This document shows positions 39,330-49,233 of a DNA stretch of 64,000 nucleotides, piece by piece. The stretch lies in NCBI GenBank assembly GCA_030637745.1, contig DAOWFX010000043.1:3424-67423 (forward strand), given 5' to 3'. The notes under the pieces are model-generated. The model searched no databases and had not been told where the DNA came from. It saw nothing but the letters and a program-made list of their open reading frames with translations. Within the stretch, counting starts at the first letter, position 1; each line of letters begins with the position of its first letter. This DNA comes from Clostridia bacterium (lineage in GTDB: Bacteria > Bacillota > Clostridia > Christensenellales > UMGS416). A program made the position numbers and the translations under genes.

Positions 39330-42062
39330 TTGAATACATTAACAAAAACAAAGGAAGACAGTACAAAATTCTTACGCATGTTGTTTGATTCCATAGACAG
39401 TGCAATCATTGTTTATGATGTAATCAATCAAGGATTAACAGGTGATGATTATCTTATCAAAGATATGAATGAAACATCTATGTTAATTGAACAACACAAA
39501 TTGGAGGAAGTCAAAGGGAAATCAATTAAAAGCCTTCGTAATAATGTTGAAGAATTTGGCATCATAGAGGTATTTAAAAAGGTTTGGGACACAGGAGAGC
39601 CGGCACACTTTCCTGCAAAAGCATATAAAGAGGGCAATATAGAAGTGTGGTTTGAAAATCGCATATTCAAGCTCCCTACAGGAGAGATTGTTGCACTATA
39701 TGATGATATTACACAACATATACACAAGGAAAATAAGTTAAATAGAAAGCTTATGATGGAAAGTATCATAAAGGATATTGCTATGTTGGGGCTTGAAAAA
39801 ATATCCTTAAACGAGTTTAAAGACAGAGGAATTGAAATACTCGGAACAAGGCTTGAAGCATCTCGAGTATATGTTTTTGAAAATGATTCCAAAATAAACA
39901 CCACCAGCATGACAAATGAATGGATAAAAAAGAGCAAACATTCAAGCTTGTATAAATTCCAAAACGTGAATAATAAACAACACAATTGGATAATCAATCA
40001 AATGAAAAATAATCAGATTATTTCTTATAACAAGATATCTGATATTCCCGACAAATACACACAAAGAATACTACAAAGATTTGAAATAAATGCCTTTACA
40101 TTACTTCCGATATTTATTTCCGGAGAATACTATGGTTTTCTAGGATATGATAAGTGTTTATTTGAGTTTGATCATGAAAATGTGGAAACAGATATTTTGA
40201 TGACGATATCCAATATCTTTTCAGAAGTTATTACACGAAAAATTGTTGAAAGATCATTAACAGAAAGAGACTTTATGATGCGGTCACAATTTGGCTATAG
40301 TGAAATTGGCATTATCATAAAAGACAAACACGAAAACACATTTCACGTCAATAAAAAAGCAACAGAAATCATGCGGTGCACTGAAGAAGAATATGTAAAA
40401 ATAGATTTCTATAAAGCAACACATCCTGATGATTTAGAAGAAAGCGTCGTATATTATGATGCATTAAAATCAGGAGAGATAGATAATTATCAGCACCAAA
40501 AAAGGATGATTACAGAAGACGGCAGTATTATTTATGTTATTCACACAGGATCTTGTTATAAAAACGAGAAAGGTGAAGTGAGTCTTATATTTTTAACCAT
40601 GCAAGACATTACTGACCAGAAGAAGATGGAAAGAGAGCTTTTTGAAGAAAAAGAATATCTCAGGATTACATTGCAATCTATCGGTGATGGGGTTATCGCA
40701 ATTGATAATAATACAAACATCACAATGATTAATACCATAGCAGAAGAAATGACAGGTTACAGATACGATGAAGCTATAGGAAAGAAACTTAATGAAGTGT
40801 TGGAAATCTATGATAGTGTCTCCAGAGAGAATATTATTAAACCATTAGATAGAGCAATAGAGTCTGAGGAAATCGGTGAATTAACAGGTGAAGTAATCCT
40901 TAAAAGACGAGATGCAACAGAAAGAATTATTTCTGATATTATTACACCAATAAAGAATGTTGACGGAGATATCGCAGGATATGTACTAGTATTTAGAGAT
41001 ATTACAGAAGAGAAGAGACGAAATGAAAAAATGATTCATATCAGTCAGCATGATGGATTAACAGGATTATATAACAGAAGATTTTTTGAAGAAGCATTAA
41101 CACTTTTTGATCAACAAAACAGATATCCTATTTCATTAATTATGGGTGATTTGAATGGACTCAAGATTACTAATGATGTATTTGGTCATGAAGTAGGGGA
41201 TGAATTGTTGATAAAAACTGCTTCAGTTTTAAGAAAACATGCAAGACCTCAAGATATACTTGCGCGTTGGGGAGGCGATGAATATGTTATGCTTATGCCG
41301 GATACTGATCTTGAAACTGTGCGAAAAATCAATCGTGCAATATACAAAACATGTGGTAAGTATGAGAATACTACAAGTAGCGAAGTTACTCCATTAAGCA
41401 TTTCCTTAGGATACGCAACACATGAGGATGATAGCAAAAACATTATGCAGCTTATTAAAGAATCAGAAGATTTCATGTACAAAGGAAAACTACTAGAAAG
41501 CAGAAGTACGCATAGCAATATTATTTCTTCAATCAAGAAAACATTGTTTGAAAAAAGCCATGAGACAGAGGCGCATTCAGAGCGACTAAAAACTATATGC
41601 AATATGATGGGGAAAGCCATTGATCTTAGCGAACAACAACTCAATGATTTAGAACTTTTTGCGATGTTGCATGATATTGGTAAGATTACTATTGAAGACA
41701 ACATTCTGACAAAAGAAGGAGAATTGACTCCTGAGGAGTGGCAAGTGATTGAAAGACATCCAGCTACAGGTTATCGTATTGTCCAATCTGCTCCGGAACT
41801 TTCGCACATTGCAGATTACATTCTCGCACATCATGAAAGATGGGATGGTAAAGGATATCCACATAGAATAAAAGGCGAGGCTATTCCCGTACTTGCAAGA
41901 ATACTTTCAATTATTGATTCATATGATGCAATGATATCTGATAGACCCTACAGAAAAGCAATGAAAAAAGAAATAGCAATCGAAGAAATAAAAAACTGTG
42001 CAGGAAAGCAATATGATCCACGCTTAGTTCATATCTTTTTGGAGATTGCAGATTCAATTTAA
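39330..42062 (+). CDS. multidomain c-di-GMP signalling protein: PAS/GAF sensory modules, GGDEF (GGDEY variant) and HD-GYP
   Basis: 910 aa. TTG start. Several PAS/GAF-like blocks. GGDEF domain (HDGLTGLYNRRFF ... RPQDILARWGGDEYVMLMP). HD-GYP domain (LHDIGKI ... HHERWDGKGYP ... IDSYDAMISDRPYRKA). Confidence 0.9.
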   Translation: MNTLTKTKEDSTKFLRMLFDSIDSAIIVYDVINQGLTGDDYLIKDMNETSMLIEQHKLEEVKGKSIKSLRNNVEEFGIIEVFKKVWDTGEPAHFPAKAYKEGNIEVWFENRIFKLPTGEIVALYDDITQHIHKENKLNRKLMMESIIKDIAMLGLEKISLNEFKDRGIEILGTRLEASRVYVFENDSKINTTSMTNEWIKKSKHSSLYKFQNVNNKQHNWIINQMKNNQIISYNKISDIPDKYTQRILQRFEINAFTLLPIFISGEYYGFLGYDKCLFEFDHENVETDILMTISNIFSEVITRKIVERSLTERDFMMRSQFGYSEIGIIIKDKHENTFHVNKKATEIMRCTEEEYVKIDFYKATHPDDLEESVVYYDALKSGEIDNYQHQKRMITEDGSIIYVIHTGSCYKNEKGEVSLIFLTMQDITDQKKMERELFEEKEYLRITLQSIGDGVIAIDNNTNITMINTIAEEMTGYRYDEAIGKKLNEVLEIYDSVSRENIIKPLDRAIESEEIGELTGEVILKRRDATERIISDIITPIKNVDGDIAGYVLVFRDITEEKRRNEKMIHISQHDGLTGLYNRRFFEEALTLFDQQNRYPISLIMGDLNGLKITNDVFGHEVGDELLIKTASVLRKHARPQDILARWGGDEYVMLMPDTDLETVRKINRAIYKTCGKYENTTSSEVTPLSISLGYATHEDDSKNIMQLIKESEDFMYKGKLLESRSTHSNIISSIKKTLFEKSHETEAHSERLKTICNMMGKAIDLSEQQLNDLELFAMLHDIGKITIEDNILTKEGELTPEEWQVIERHPATGYRIVQSAPELSHIADYILAHHERWDGKGYPHRIKGEAIPVLARILSIIDSYDAMISDRPYRKAMKKEIAIEEIKNCAGKQYDPRLVHIFLEIADSI

Positions 42063-42162
42063 AACAAATTCCAAAATTAATTCAATATTTTAAAAGTCTT
42101 GTTTAATTGACTGTACATTATTAATATTGTACAATTATACAAGTATATTTTAGGAGAAGGAT

Positions 42163-44055
42163 ATGAGTTTCATTTTATTGTTTTTAATGATTTTATCTAT
42201 CTCTGTTTTTATTAGTATTATATTTGAAAAACACATTGCAATTACTATCGCTACGTCAGTTTTATTAATAATTATTCTCTTATATATTTTTTCTTTATTA
42301 AATATTTTGTTAGTGGGCTTCTATTTTGTAATTCTGATAGCAGTCTTGGCTTTGATATATGATATCTATTATTTTATACGAAAAGATAGAAGCAAACTAA
42401 AATGTTTATACAGCCCGGCTGTCGTAATTTATTTTATATTTTTCTTGATCAGCTTCATAGGTTCAAAAGGTTTAGTATTAACGCAGTGGGATGAATTTAG
42501 TCACTGGGGTTTGATTGTAAAAAACATGTATTTCTTTGACACGATTGGAAACCATGAGTTTTCAACTGTGCAGTTTGTAGCTTATCCTCCGGCTGTTGCA
42601 TTATTTGAATATTTTTATCTTAAATTATCTCCAATTTTAATTGAAGGAAAGATCTTCCTATCTAAAAACATCCTATACTTTTCACTACTGATTATTTTAT
42701 TTAAAGATATTAAGTGGAAACAGGTAGTGCAAATATTGATTCGTTTCATAGTTATAATTTCATTACCGTTAATGTTTTATTCTGACTTCTATCATTCGCT
42801 ATTAATTGATGGCCTGCTAGGTGCTGTGTTTGCATATATTATTGTATATTATTACACCAACAAGCTAGATACATATAAATTAGTTAATATATCTTTGGGT
42901 GTATTTGTTTTAACCATCATGAAAGACTCGGGATTTGGGTTGAGTATCATTGCGCTGATTATTATCATGATTGATTTATTGTTTGTTGGAAGGGACAAAA
43001 CAAATCTATATATAAAGAGTGAGAATAATCTAAAGAAGAAATTTAATAAAATAGCATTACTTGTAACACCATTTCTATGCATGCTCTTAGGTCGTATTAG
43101 TTGGAAAATCTTTAGTAATATAAATGTAGCATCGGATGCAATCAATAAACATACTAGCATTCGTGAAATTATTGACACTTTTACAGGTAATCATTCAGAG
43201 TATCAAGTACGTGTTGTAAATAATTTCTTTAAGTTTATAACAAACGAAACATTTATATCACATTCTGTTCGGCTTACATATGTCGGTATTTTCATAGTAC
43301 TTTGCATTCTCGGTATTTTTCTGATTACCAACAGTAAAAGCAAGGCAAAGAAAAGAACCACTATTGCTGTTATTCTTGTAATAACAGGACTGATTGTCTA
43401 TACAGGTTATTTATTGTTGTTATATCTATTTGTTTTTTCTTCTCAAGAGGCAGTTGTCCTTGCTGCGTGCCAAAGGTATTTATCCACATACCTATTGGCG
43501 GCGATATTAATCTTGATATCCTTAATTGTAATAAATACAAAGAAAAAAATAGCTGCATTATTAGTGCTAAGCTTGATATTGCTAATTGATTTGTCACCAA
43601 TAACTGATTTAACATTATTGTCTCGTATAAAGACTGGACAGAGCGTGGATGCAGTTGCAAAGTATAATACATTAGAAGAAATTGATAAAAATATTGACTA
43701 TAAAAAGGACAAGATCTATTTTCTTGATATAAATGCATCGCATATTGGGTATGAATATTGGTTGGCAAGGTACAAGCTTACCCCAACTAAAATTAATCCG
43801 AAATATACGTGGAGAATTGGGCAAGATTACTATGATAACGATCAATATACACTGAACATAAATGTTGATGAGTGGGAGAAGACATTAATTGATGAAAAAT
43901 ATACCTATGTATATTTATTATATACTTCTGAACGATTCAAAGTGAACTTTGGTAAAGCATTTGAAAATGGTAGTGATGACGTTAAAAATGATTCTTTTTA
44001 TGAAGTTAATGTTATTGATCAAAAAATTGTCTTAAAAAGAATTGAATTATCATAA
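42163..44055 (+). CDS. large polytopic membrane protein with a C-terminal extracytoplasmic domain (GT-C-like candidate)
   Basis: 630 aa. GGAGAAGG SD. About 14 hydrophobic helices. Acidic loop motif TQWDEFSHWG after the early helices. Soluble C-terminal ~150 aa. Sits directly upstream of the LCP gene. Confidence 0.55.
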   Translation: MSFILLFLMILSISVFISIIFEKHIAITIATSVLLIIILLYIFSLLNILLVGFYFVILIAVLALIYDIYYFIRKDRSKLKCLYSPAVVIYFIFFLISFIGSKGLVLTQWDEFSHWGLIVKNMYFFDTIGNHEFSTVQFVAYPPAVALFEYFYLKLSPILIEGKIFLSKNILYFSLLIILFKDIKWKQVVQILIRFIVIISLPLMFYSDFYHSLLIDGLLGAVFAYIIVYYYTNKLDTYKLVNISLGVFVLTIMKDSGFGLSIIALIIIMIDLLFVGRDKTNLYIKSENNLKKKFNKIALLVTPFLCMLLGRISWKIFSNINVASDAINKHTSIREIIDTFTGNHSEYQVRVVNNFFKFITNETFISHSVRLTYVGIFIVLCILGIFLITNSKSKAKKRTTIAVILVITGLIVYTGYLLLLYLFVFSSQEAVVLAACQRYLSTYLLAAILILISLIVINTKKKIAALLVLSLILLIDLSPITDLTLLSRIKTGQSVDAVAKYNTLEEIDKNIDYKKDKIYFLDINASHIGYEYWLARYKLTPTKINPKYTWRIGQDYYDNDQYTLNINVDEWEKTLIDEKYTYVYLLYTSERFKVNFGKAFENGSDDVKNDSFYEVNVIDQKIVLKRIELS

Positions 44056-44211
44056 GAAAGCATTATTAATTTACTTTTCAATAAATAATTGTTTACATCT
44101 TATATGCCTTGATATATTTTGTTCTTATGTTATAATGTGAAAGTTACAAAATAATTAATATATCCTTTACACATCCTTAAAAGATTTGTAATAGGATTTG
44201 GAGGTTATCCG

Positions 44212-45438
44212 ATGAAAATTGGAACAACAAAGAAGATACTAATGATACTCATGGCAATTGTTATGGTTATACTAGCTACTGCCTGTAATAAAGCACCAGT
44301 AGATCCCACACAACCTACACTAGCGCCGGAAAATAGTATAGCAACAGTTGACCCTGCAACAGGAGAAACACCGGAACCAACAGCTACACCGGATCCATTG
44401 GAAGCGTTGAAGTTTTGGAATGTAGATCCAGATAAAAGAGTATATAATATATTGCTTTTAGGTCTTGATGAATTGGAAGGTACTGCATGGGCACGAAATG
44501 ATACTACGATGATCCTTCAAATCAATTTGGACAACAATGAACTGAAATTAGTATCGTTTATGCGTGATATGTATGTAGACATCCCCTCACAAGGGCCTTA
44601 TCGTTTAAATAATGCACATTATCGTGGCGGACCGGAACTTGCGATACAAACCATGAAATCAGTGTTTGATGTGGACATTGACTATTACGCAACTGTTGAT
44701 TTTATTGCTTTTGAACGAATTATGAAAATTATTGGTCCAGTTGTTATACGTATTATGGATTATGAAATGGAGCACATCAACAAACTCGAAAGTGCAGTCT
44801 CCATCGATAACGATCCAATGTCTGGAAGTATACAGAATCCGGGGCTCAATGAAATTAATGAATATCAGGCTTTGTCTTATGCACGCGATCGGCATTCTTC
44901 AGGGGACGACAATGAACGTGCTGGTGATTATGGTAGAAACGAGAGACAAAGAGAAATTGTAAAAGCAGCTTGGACAAAAGTAAAGTCGAATCAACTCGTG
45001 GCGATTCCCGCAGCAGTATTTGCAGCCTCTGTATATGCTGAAACTAATATATCTCCCAAATTACTCATAACACTCCTTCAAACGATGATGGAAAACAACG
45101 CAGAAATGATTGATATGGCAATTCCTGTTGAAGGTAAATTTTGGGCAGCATGGATTGAAGAGGATACCAAAACAAAGTACTCTAGCGATGAATTGTTTGA
45201 CAAATACGAAAGCGAGAAAGAAAAATTTGAAGAGGATCAAGCAGACGATTCTGCAAGTTCGGGATCTGGAGATCCATCTCCCACACCTGCACCTGCACCC
45301 ACACCTGCAGCCACACAAGAAGACAAGCAGGAGTTTCCAAGTTATGAAACATGGAGATTAAGAAAGGGTTATGCAAGTGTTATTGATTGGTCACAGAAAA
45401 ACATTAATGCATTACACGAATTCTTAGGAAGCAACTAA
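44212..45438 (+). CDS. LCP (LytR-CpsA-Psr) family protein
   Basis: 408 aa. Signal/lipobox-like LATACNK. LCP core NILLLGLDELEGTAWARNDTTMILQINLDNNELKLVSFMRDMYVDIP. Pro/Thr/Ala-rich C-terminal segment. Confidence 0.85.
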   Translation: MKIGTTKKILMILMAIVMVILATACNKAPVDPTQPTLAPENSIATVDPATGETPEPTATPDPLEALKFWNVDPDKRVYNILLLGLDELEGTAWARNDTTMILQINLDNNELKLVSFMRDMYVDIPSQGPYRLNNAHYRGGPELAIQTMKSVFDVDIDYYATVDFIAFERIMKIIGPVVIRIMDYEMEHINKLESAVSIDNDPMSGSIQNPGLNEINEYQALSYARDRHSSGDDNERAGDYGRNERQREIVKAAWTKVKSNQLVAIPAAVFAASVYAETNISPKLLITLLQTMMENNAEMIDMAIPVEGKFWAAWIEEDTKTKYSSDELFDKYESEKEKFEEDQADDSASSGSGDPSPTPAPAPTPAATQEDKQEFPSYETWRLRKGYASVIDWSQKNINALHEFLGSN

Positions 45439-46400
45439 TGAATATGGATGGAGCAGAGATAAAAAAGCTATCACAGCTTACAAAGGGAGAAACAGCGATA
45501 GTATTTTGCCTTGTGCGGAGTATGAATATCAAAACTTCTACCAATAATAAATCATATGGTGACTATACACTCTGCGATGCATCCGGTGAAATGAACGCAA
45601 AGCTTTGGGATGTTAGCGATGAAGATGCATGTCCTAAAGTAGGCGATGTCATTAAGGTCAAAGGATTGGTTACAGAGTGGCAAAACAATCTACAACTAAG
45701 GATGGACAAGTTTCGCCCAGTTTCAGATGAAGATGAAGTAGATTTATCTCAGATGATTCCATCTGCACCCTATCCTCCGGAGGAAATGCTTGCAACCATT
45801 AAAGAATATCTTGCTAAGATAAAAGATGATAGCATACGAAAGCTGACAGTTGAAGTGCTTAGAGAATACGCAGAATATCTTCCCTTGCATCCCGCTGCGC
45901 TTCACAATCATCATGCGATACGATCTGGGCTTTTATATCACACTACCACGATGCTCAAAGCAGCAGATGCTTTGCATACAGTATATCCTGATCTAGATTA
46001 TGATTTGGTGTATGCTGGAGTAATCATGCATGACATCTGTAAAACGGTGGAAATCAATGCAGAAAATGCAGGTATTGCAACTGAGTACTCTCGCGATGGA
46101 TTGCTATTGGGTCATATTGTACAAGGAATCATTGCAATTGAAAAAGCAGGTGAAAAAGTTGGATGTGATCAAGAAAAGATTGCTATGATACAGCATATGC
46201 TTCTGTCGCATCATTATGAGCCTGAATTTGGATCTCCAAGAAGACCAATGTTTCCAGAAGCAGAGTTAGTACACTATCTAGATATGATTGACACACGCAT
46301 GTATGATATGGACAAAGCATTAGGCGATGTGGAAGAAGGAAAGTTTTCTCCTTCGATATGGACACTTCATAAAAGACGACTGTACAAAAAGACGTTTTGA
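45438..46400 (+). CDS. yhaM: 3'-5' exoribonuclease YhaM family (OB fold plus HD domain)
   Basis: 320 aa. N-terminal OB-fold region and HD domain (IMHDICK ... LSHHYEPEFGSP). Start overlaps the LCP stop (TAATG). Confidence 0.8.
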   Translation: MNMDGAEIKKLSQLTKGETAIVFCLVRSMNIKTSTNNKSYGDYTLCDASGEMNAKLWDVSDEDACPKVGDVIKVKGLVTEWQNNLQLRMDKFRPVSDEDEVDLSQMIPSAPYPPEEMLATIKEYLAKIKDDSIRKLTVEVLREYAEYLPLHPAALHNHHAIRSGLLYHTTTMLKAADALHTVYPDLDYDLVYAGVIMHDICKTVEINAENAGIATEYSRDGLLLGHIVQGIIAIEKAGEKVGCDQEKIAMIQHMLLSHHYEPEFGSPRRPMFPEAELVHYLDMIDTRMYDMDKALGDVEEGKFSPSIWTLHKRRLYKKTF

Positions 46401-46420
46401 ACAAAATCAATAATCAATTA

Positions 46421-46447
46421 AGAACAGCGGATACCGTTGTTCTTTTA
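46421..46447 (+). terminator. intrinsic terminator of yhaM
   Basis: AGAACAGCGG-ata-CCGTTGTTCT followed by TTTT. Confidence 0.8.
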
Positions 46448-46495
46448 AATTAGAGGCAATTTACTAAACTACTGTATATATAGTATAATGAGATT

Positions 46496-47338
46496 ATGAA
46501 AAGAAATGAAAACAAAAAAAAGAAAAGCTCAAAACTATCAAGGATACTTGGGATTTTTGCAATATTATTGATTGTAGCTGCAATGTCATTGCTTGGATGG
46601 AGGTTATGGCAACTTGGTTTACAGACTACAACAGAAAAGGATGTAAGAAGTTTATATAATCCTGATGCAACCAACACACCCACTCCAGATGCAACTGCAA
46701 CAGCTTATTTGAGACCGGGAGAGCCCACACCAGCACCCACTGCGACACCACAACCATTTGTTATTCCAAAGTTTCAGCAACTCGTTGAAACCAACCCCGA
46801 CACAGTAGGCTGGCTTCGTATTCCCAATACTAATATTGACCATGTAGTAATGCAAGGAGATGACAATTATTATTACCTTGATCATACCTTCTTTGAAGAT
46901 AAGGCAACTGCAGGATCTATGACATTGGACTTTAGGGTTGATATAGCAGACCTTAGTGGCAATGTGCTTTTATATGGTCATCATATGCAGGTAGGCAGTA
47001 TGCTTAATTCACTTGAAAAATATAGAAATGAAAAGTTTTATATCAATAATCCAATCCTATATTTCGACACCATATACGAGGAAGCGCAATGGGAAGTTTT
47101 TTCTGCATACGTTCAAAGCAATCGCTTTAACTTCTTCAAGACTGACTTTGAAACCAGAGATTATTATTTTAAGTATATTAAAGCATTGCAAAGAGAAAGC
47201 ATCTACGAAACAGGTATTGAACTTTCACCTGATGACATCATCCTTACACTATCAACCTGTGTTTACGATTTTGAAGATGCACGGATGGTGGTACATGCAC
47301 GGCGCAAGAACCTAATACCTGATGAAAACTACGACTGA
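46496..47338 (+). CDS. srtB: class B sortase
   Basis: 280 aa. N-terminal TM anchor. Pro/Thr-rich linker. DTVGWLRIPNTNIDHVVMQGDDNYYYLDH, LYGHHM, catalytic TLSTCVY and a late Arg. No SD; TATAAT lies 6 nt upstream of the ATG. Confidence 0.85.
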   Translation: MKRNENKKKKSSKLSRILGIFAILLIVAAMSLLGWRLWQLGLQTTTEKDVRSLYNPDATNTPTPDATATAYLRPGEPTPAPTATPQPFVIPKFQQLVETNPDTVGWLRIPNTNIDHVVMQGDDNYYYLDHTFFEDKATAGSMTLDFRVDIADLSGNVLLYGHHMQVGSMLNSLEKYRNEKFYINNPILYFDTIYEEAQWEVFSAYVQSNRFNFFKTDFETRDYYFKYIKALQRESIYETGIELSPDDIILTLSTCVYDFEDARMVVHARRKNLIPDENYD

Positions 47339-47830
47339 TCAGAGCACTCAAAATATTACTATTTCACCGTGAGATTATACACAAATATAGTCACATATGT
47401 ATTGATATGTTCCTAAATTTATTTAATAATCTCACAATGTCTAGTAGTTATTTTGAGCACTCTGATGGCTTTCATGAAATATCATATAGTAGATTTATTT
47501 GCATGGTTCTTGTATGATCATGCTTAATGAATAAGTATATTAACCTCGCACCACCTATAAATATTTTGAGCACTCTGATGGTTTTTGTGAAATATCATAC
47601 AGTATCATTATGTACACAGTTCTTGTAGTAATACACCCAATGAAATTAACTAATAACCTCACAATGTCTAGTAGTTATTTTGAGCACTTTGATGGCTTCT
47701 GAAAAATATCATACAATAGCTTTATTTACATAGTTCTTGTATTAACATGCTTAACGAATCTATTTATTAATCTCACACCGCATATTAACGATTTAAAGCA
47801 ATTTGATGATAATCAATGTATAATCGTTGT
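47336..47830. repeat. degenerate tandem array of ~114-bp noncoding units, preceded by an inverted copy of the conserved core
   Basis: TTTTGAGCACT(C/T)TGATGG recurs at 47451, 47564 and 47678 (periods 113 and 114 nt), with a decayed copy at 47792. Each is preceded by (A/T)TAA(T/C)CTCAC.... Conserved blocks GAAATATCATA and GTTCTTGTA lie inside each unit. An inverted copy of the core occupies 47338-47379, starting at the srtB stop codon. Confidence 0.8.
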
Positions 47831-47976
47831 TTGAATCACACTGACTACAGATTTAAGATTCATAGTTTAAGTTTTTACTCCTTCATACTTCTCAACTTCA
47901 ATAATATCTTGATATAGTACTTCACAAATATGTTCAAATCATGTTACAATAACATATCCCAATAATAGGAGAAACC

Positions 47977-49233
47977 ATGGCAATGGAAACCATCATCATT
48001 TTAGTATTACTTGTGATTAATGTTGCATTAATCATTTTTCTGATACTAAAAAAAGGTACTTCCGGCGATGATGTTAAAAAAGAAAACAATCTATTACGTC
48101 GCATGATATCTGAGGAATTTCAACAAAGCAGGCAAGAGATATCAAAAGTCAATCGTGAAGATAGACAAGAACAATACAAGAATTTTGAGAGTCTTTCAAA
48201 AAGCATATTTGAACGTTGGACAGAACGCAACCTCATCGACTCAAAACGGGATGAAGCGGGAGCGCAACGCATATCCAATGTTGCAAAGGATAATGAAATT
48301 CGCATGACACGTCTTGAAGAGCAAGTTTCAAAGAGATTGGATGAAATGCGCAAGACTGTAGATGAGCAGCTTAACGAAACATTGCAGAAGCGTGTTTCAG
48401 CATCATTTGAGCAGGTTACAAAGCAATTAACACAGCTATATTCCTCGCTATCAAAAGTGGACACCGATATGGCATCTTTGCAAAAGGTATTCTCTGGTGT
48501 TAAAACACGAGGTGTTTGGGGCGAAATAATGTTGATTGCCTTACTTGAGCAGATTCTGACACCACAACAGTTTGTAAAGAATGCAAAAATCAATCCCAAT
48601 AAGCAAAACTATGTAGAAGTGGCTGTTCGTATGCCGGGTAATGATGGAGAAAACGATGTATTGTTACCAATTGATTCAAAGTTTCCGGTTGAAGATTATC
48701 AGCGTTTAATTGACGCAAGAGAAAACGGAGACAAGGTTGCAGAGCTTGAAGCAGATCGTGCTTTGACTGCACGCATTAAGTCACAAGCAAAAGACATCAG
48801 AGATAAATATATTGATCCACCATACTCGACTGATTTTGCAATTATGTATCTTCCTGCAGAAGGACTTTTTGCAGAAGCATTACGTGTACCAGGGCTTACT
48901 GAAACACTGCAAGTACAGTACAAGGTCACTGTATGTGGTCCCACAACGCTTGCAGCGTTATTGAATAGTTTGAAGATGGGATTTACAACACTAGCCATAC
49001 AGAAAAAATCCGGAGAAGTGTGGCGACTATTGGCAGCTGTCAAAAAAACCATCAATATTCACCAAAGCAATCTACAAAAAGCATATCGAAATATGCAGAC
49101 ATCAGTAAATGCACTTGACGATGCTCAAAAAAATATAGGAACCATTAACAATCGTCTACGTTCAGTTGAGGAGATTCCAACCGCTGAGGTAGACGAATTG
49201 ATACCTGGAATAAAGGATGAAAGCGGTACTTAA
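47977..49233 (+). CDS. rmuC: DNA recombination protein RmuC
   Basis: 418 aa. N-terminal TM helix, long coiled coil, RmuC nuclease-like C-terminal domain (YVEVAVRMPG...LLPIDSKFPVEDY). AGGAG SD. Confidence 0.9.
   Translation: MAMETIIILVLLVINVALIIFLILKKGTSGDDVKKENNLLRRMISEEFQQSRQEISKVNREDRQEQYKNFESLSKSIFERWTERNLIDSKRDEAGAQRISNVAKDNEIRMTRLEEQVSKRLDEMRKTVDEQLNETLQKRVSASFEQVTKQLTQLYSSLSKVDTDMASLQKVFSGVKTRGVWGEIMLIALLEQILTPQQFVKNAKINPNKQNYVEVAVRMPGNDGENDVLLPIDSKFPVEDYQRLIDARENGDKVAELEADRALTARIKSQAKDIRDKYIDPPYSTDFAIMYLPAEGLFAEALRVPGLTETLQVQYKVTVCGPTTLAALLNSLKMGFTTLAIQKKSGEVWRLLAAVKKTINIHQSNLQKAYRNMQTSVNALDDAQKNIGTINNRLRSVEEIPTAEVDELIPGIKDESGT

Noticed and set aside
45061-45318. Cys/Arg-rich antisense ORF (MCGCRCGCRCRCGRW...) and the similar G/V/S-rich ORF at 53265..53465
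   Set aside because: These are mirror images of the Pro/Thr/Ala-rich linkers of the LCP (PSPTPAPAPTPAA) and the DJ-1 lipoprotein (PTEAPTEAPTPEP). They are low-complexity artefacts, not peptide genes.
47336-47830. CRISPR array, or small-peptide genes, as explanations for the 114-bp repeats
   Set aside because: The period is far longer than CRISPR repeat-plus-spacer units and the inter-core sequence is homologous between units. The only ORF (MSSSYFEHSDGFHEISYSRFICMVLV in unit 1) is truncated to 12 codons in unit 3, absent in unit 2, and lacks an SD.
47836-47886. Reverse-strand AAGGAG followed by a 16-codon ORF (MNLKSVVSVIQTTIIH)
   Set aside because: The SD-to-ATG spacing is about 14 nt, which is too long. 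There is no promoter or conservation evidence.
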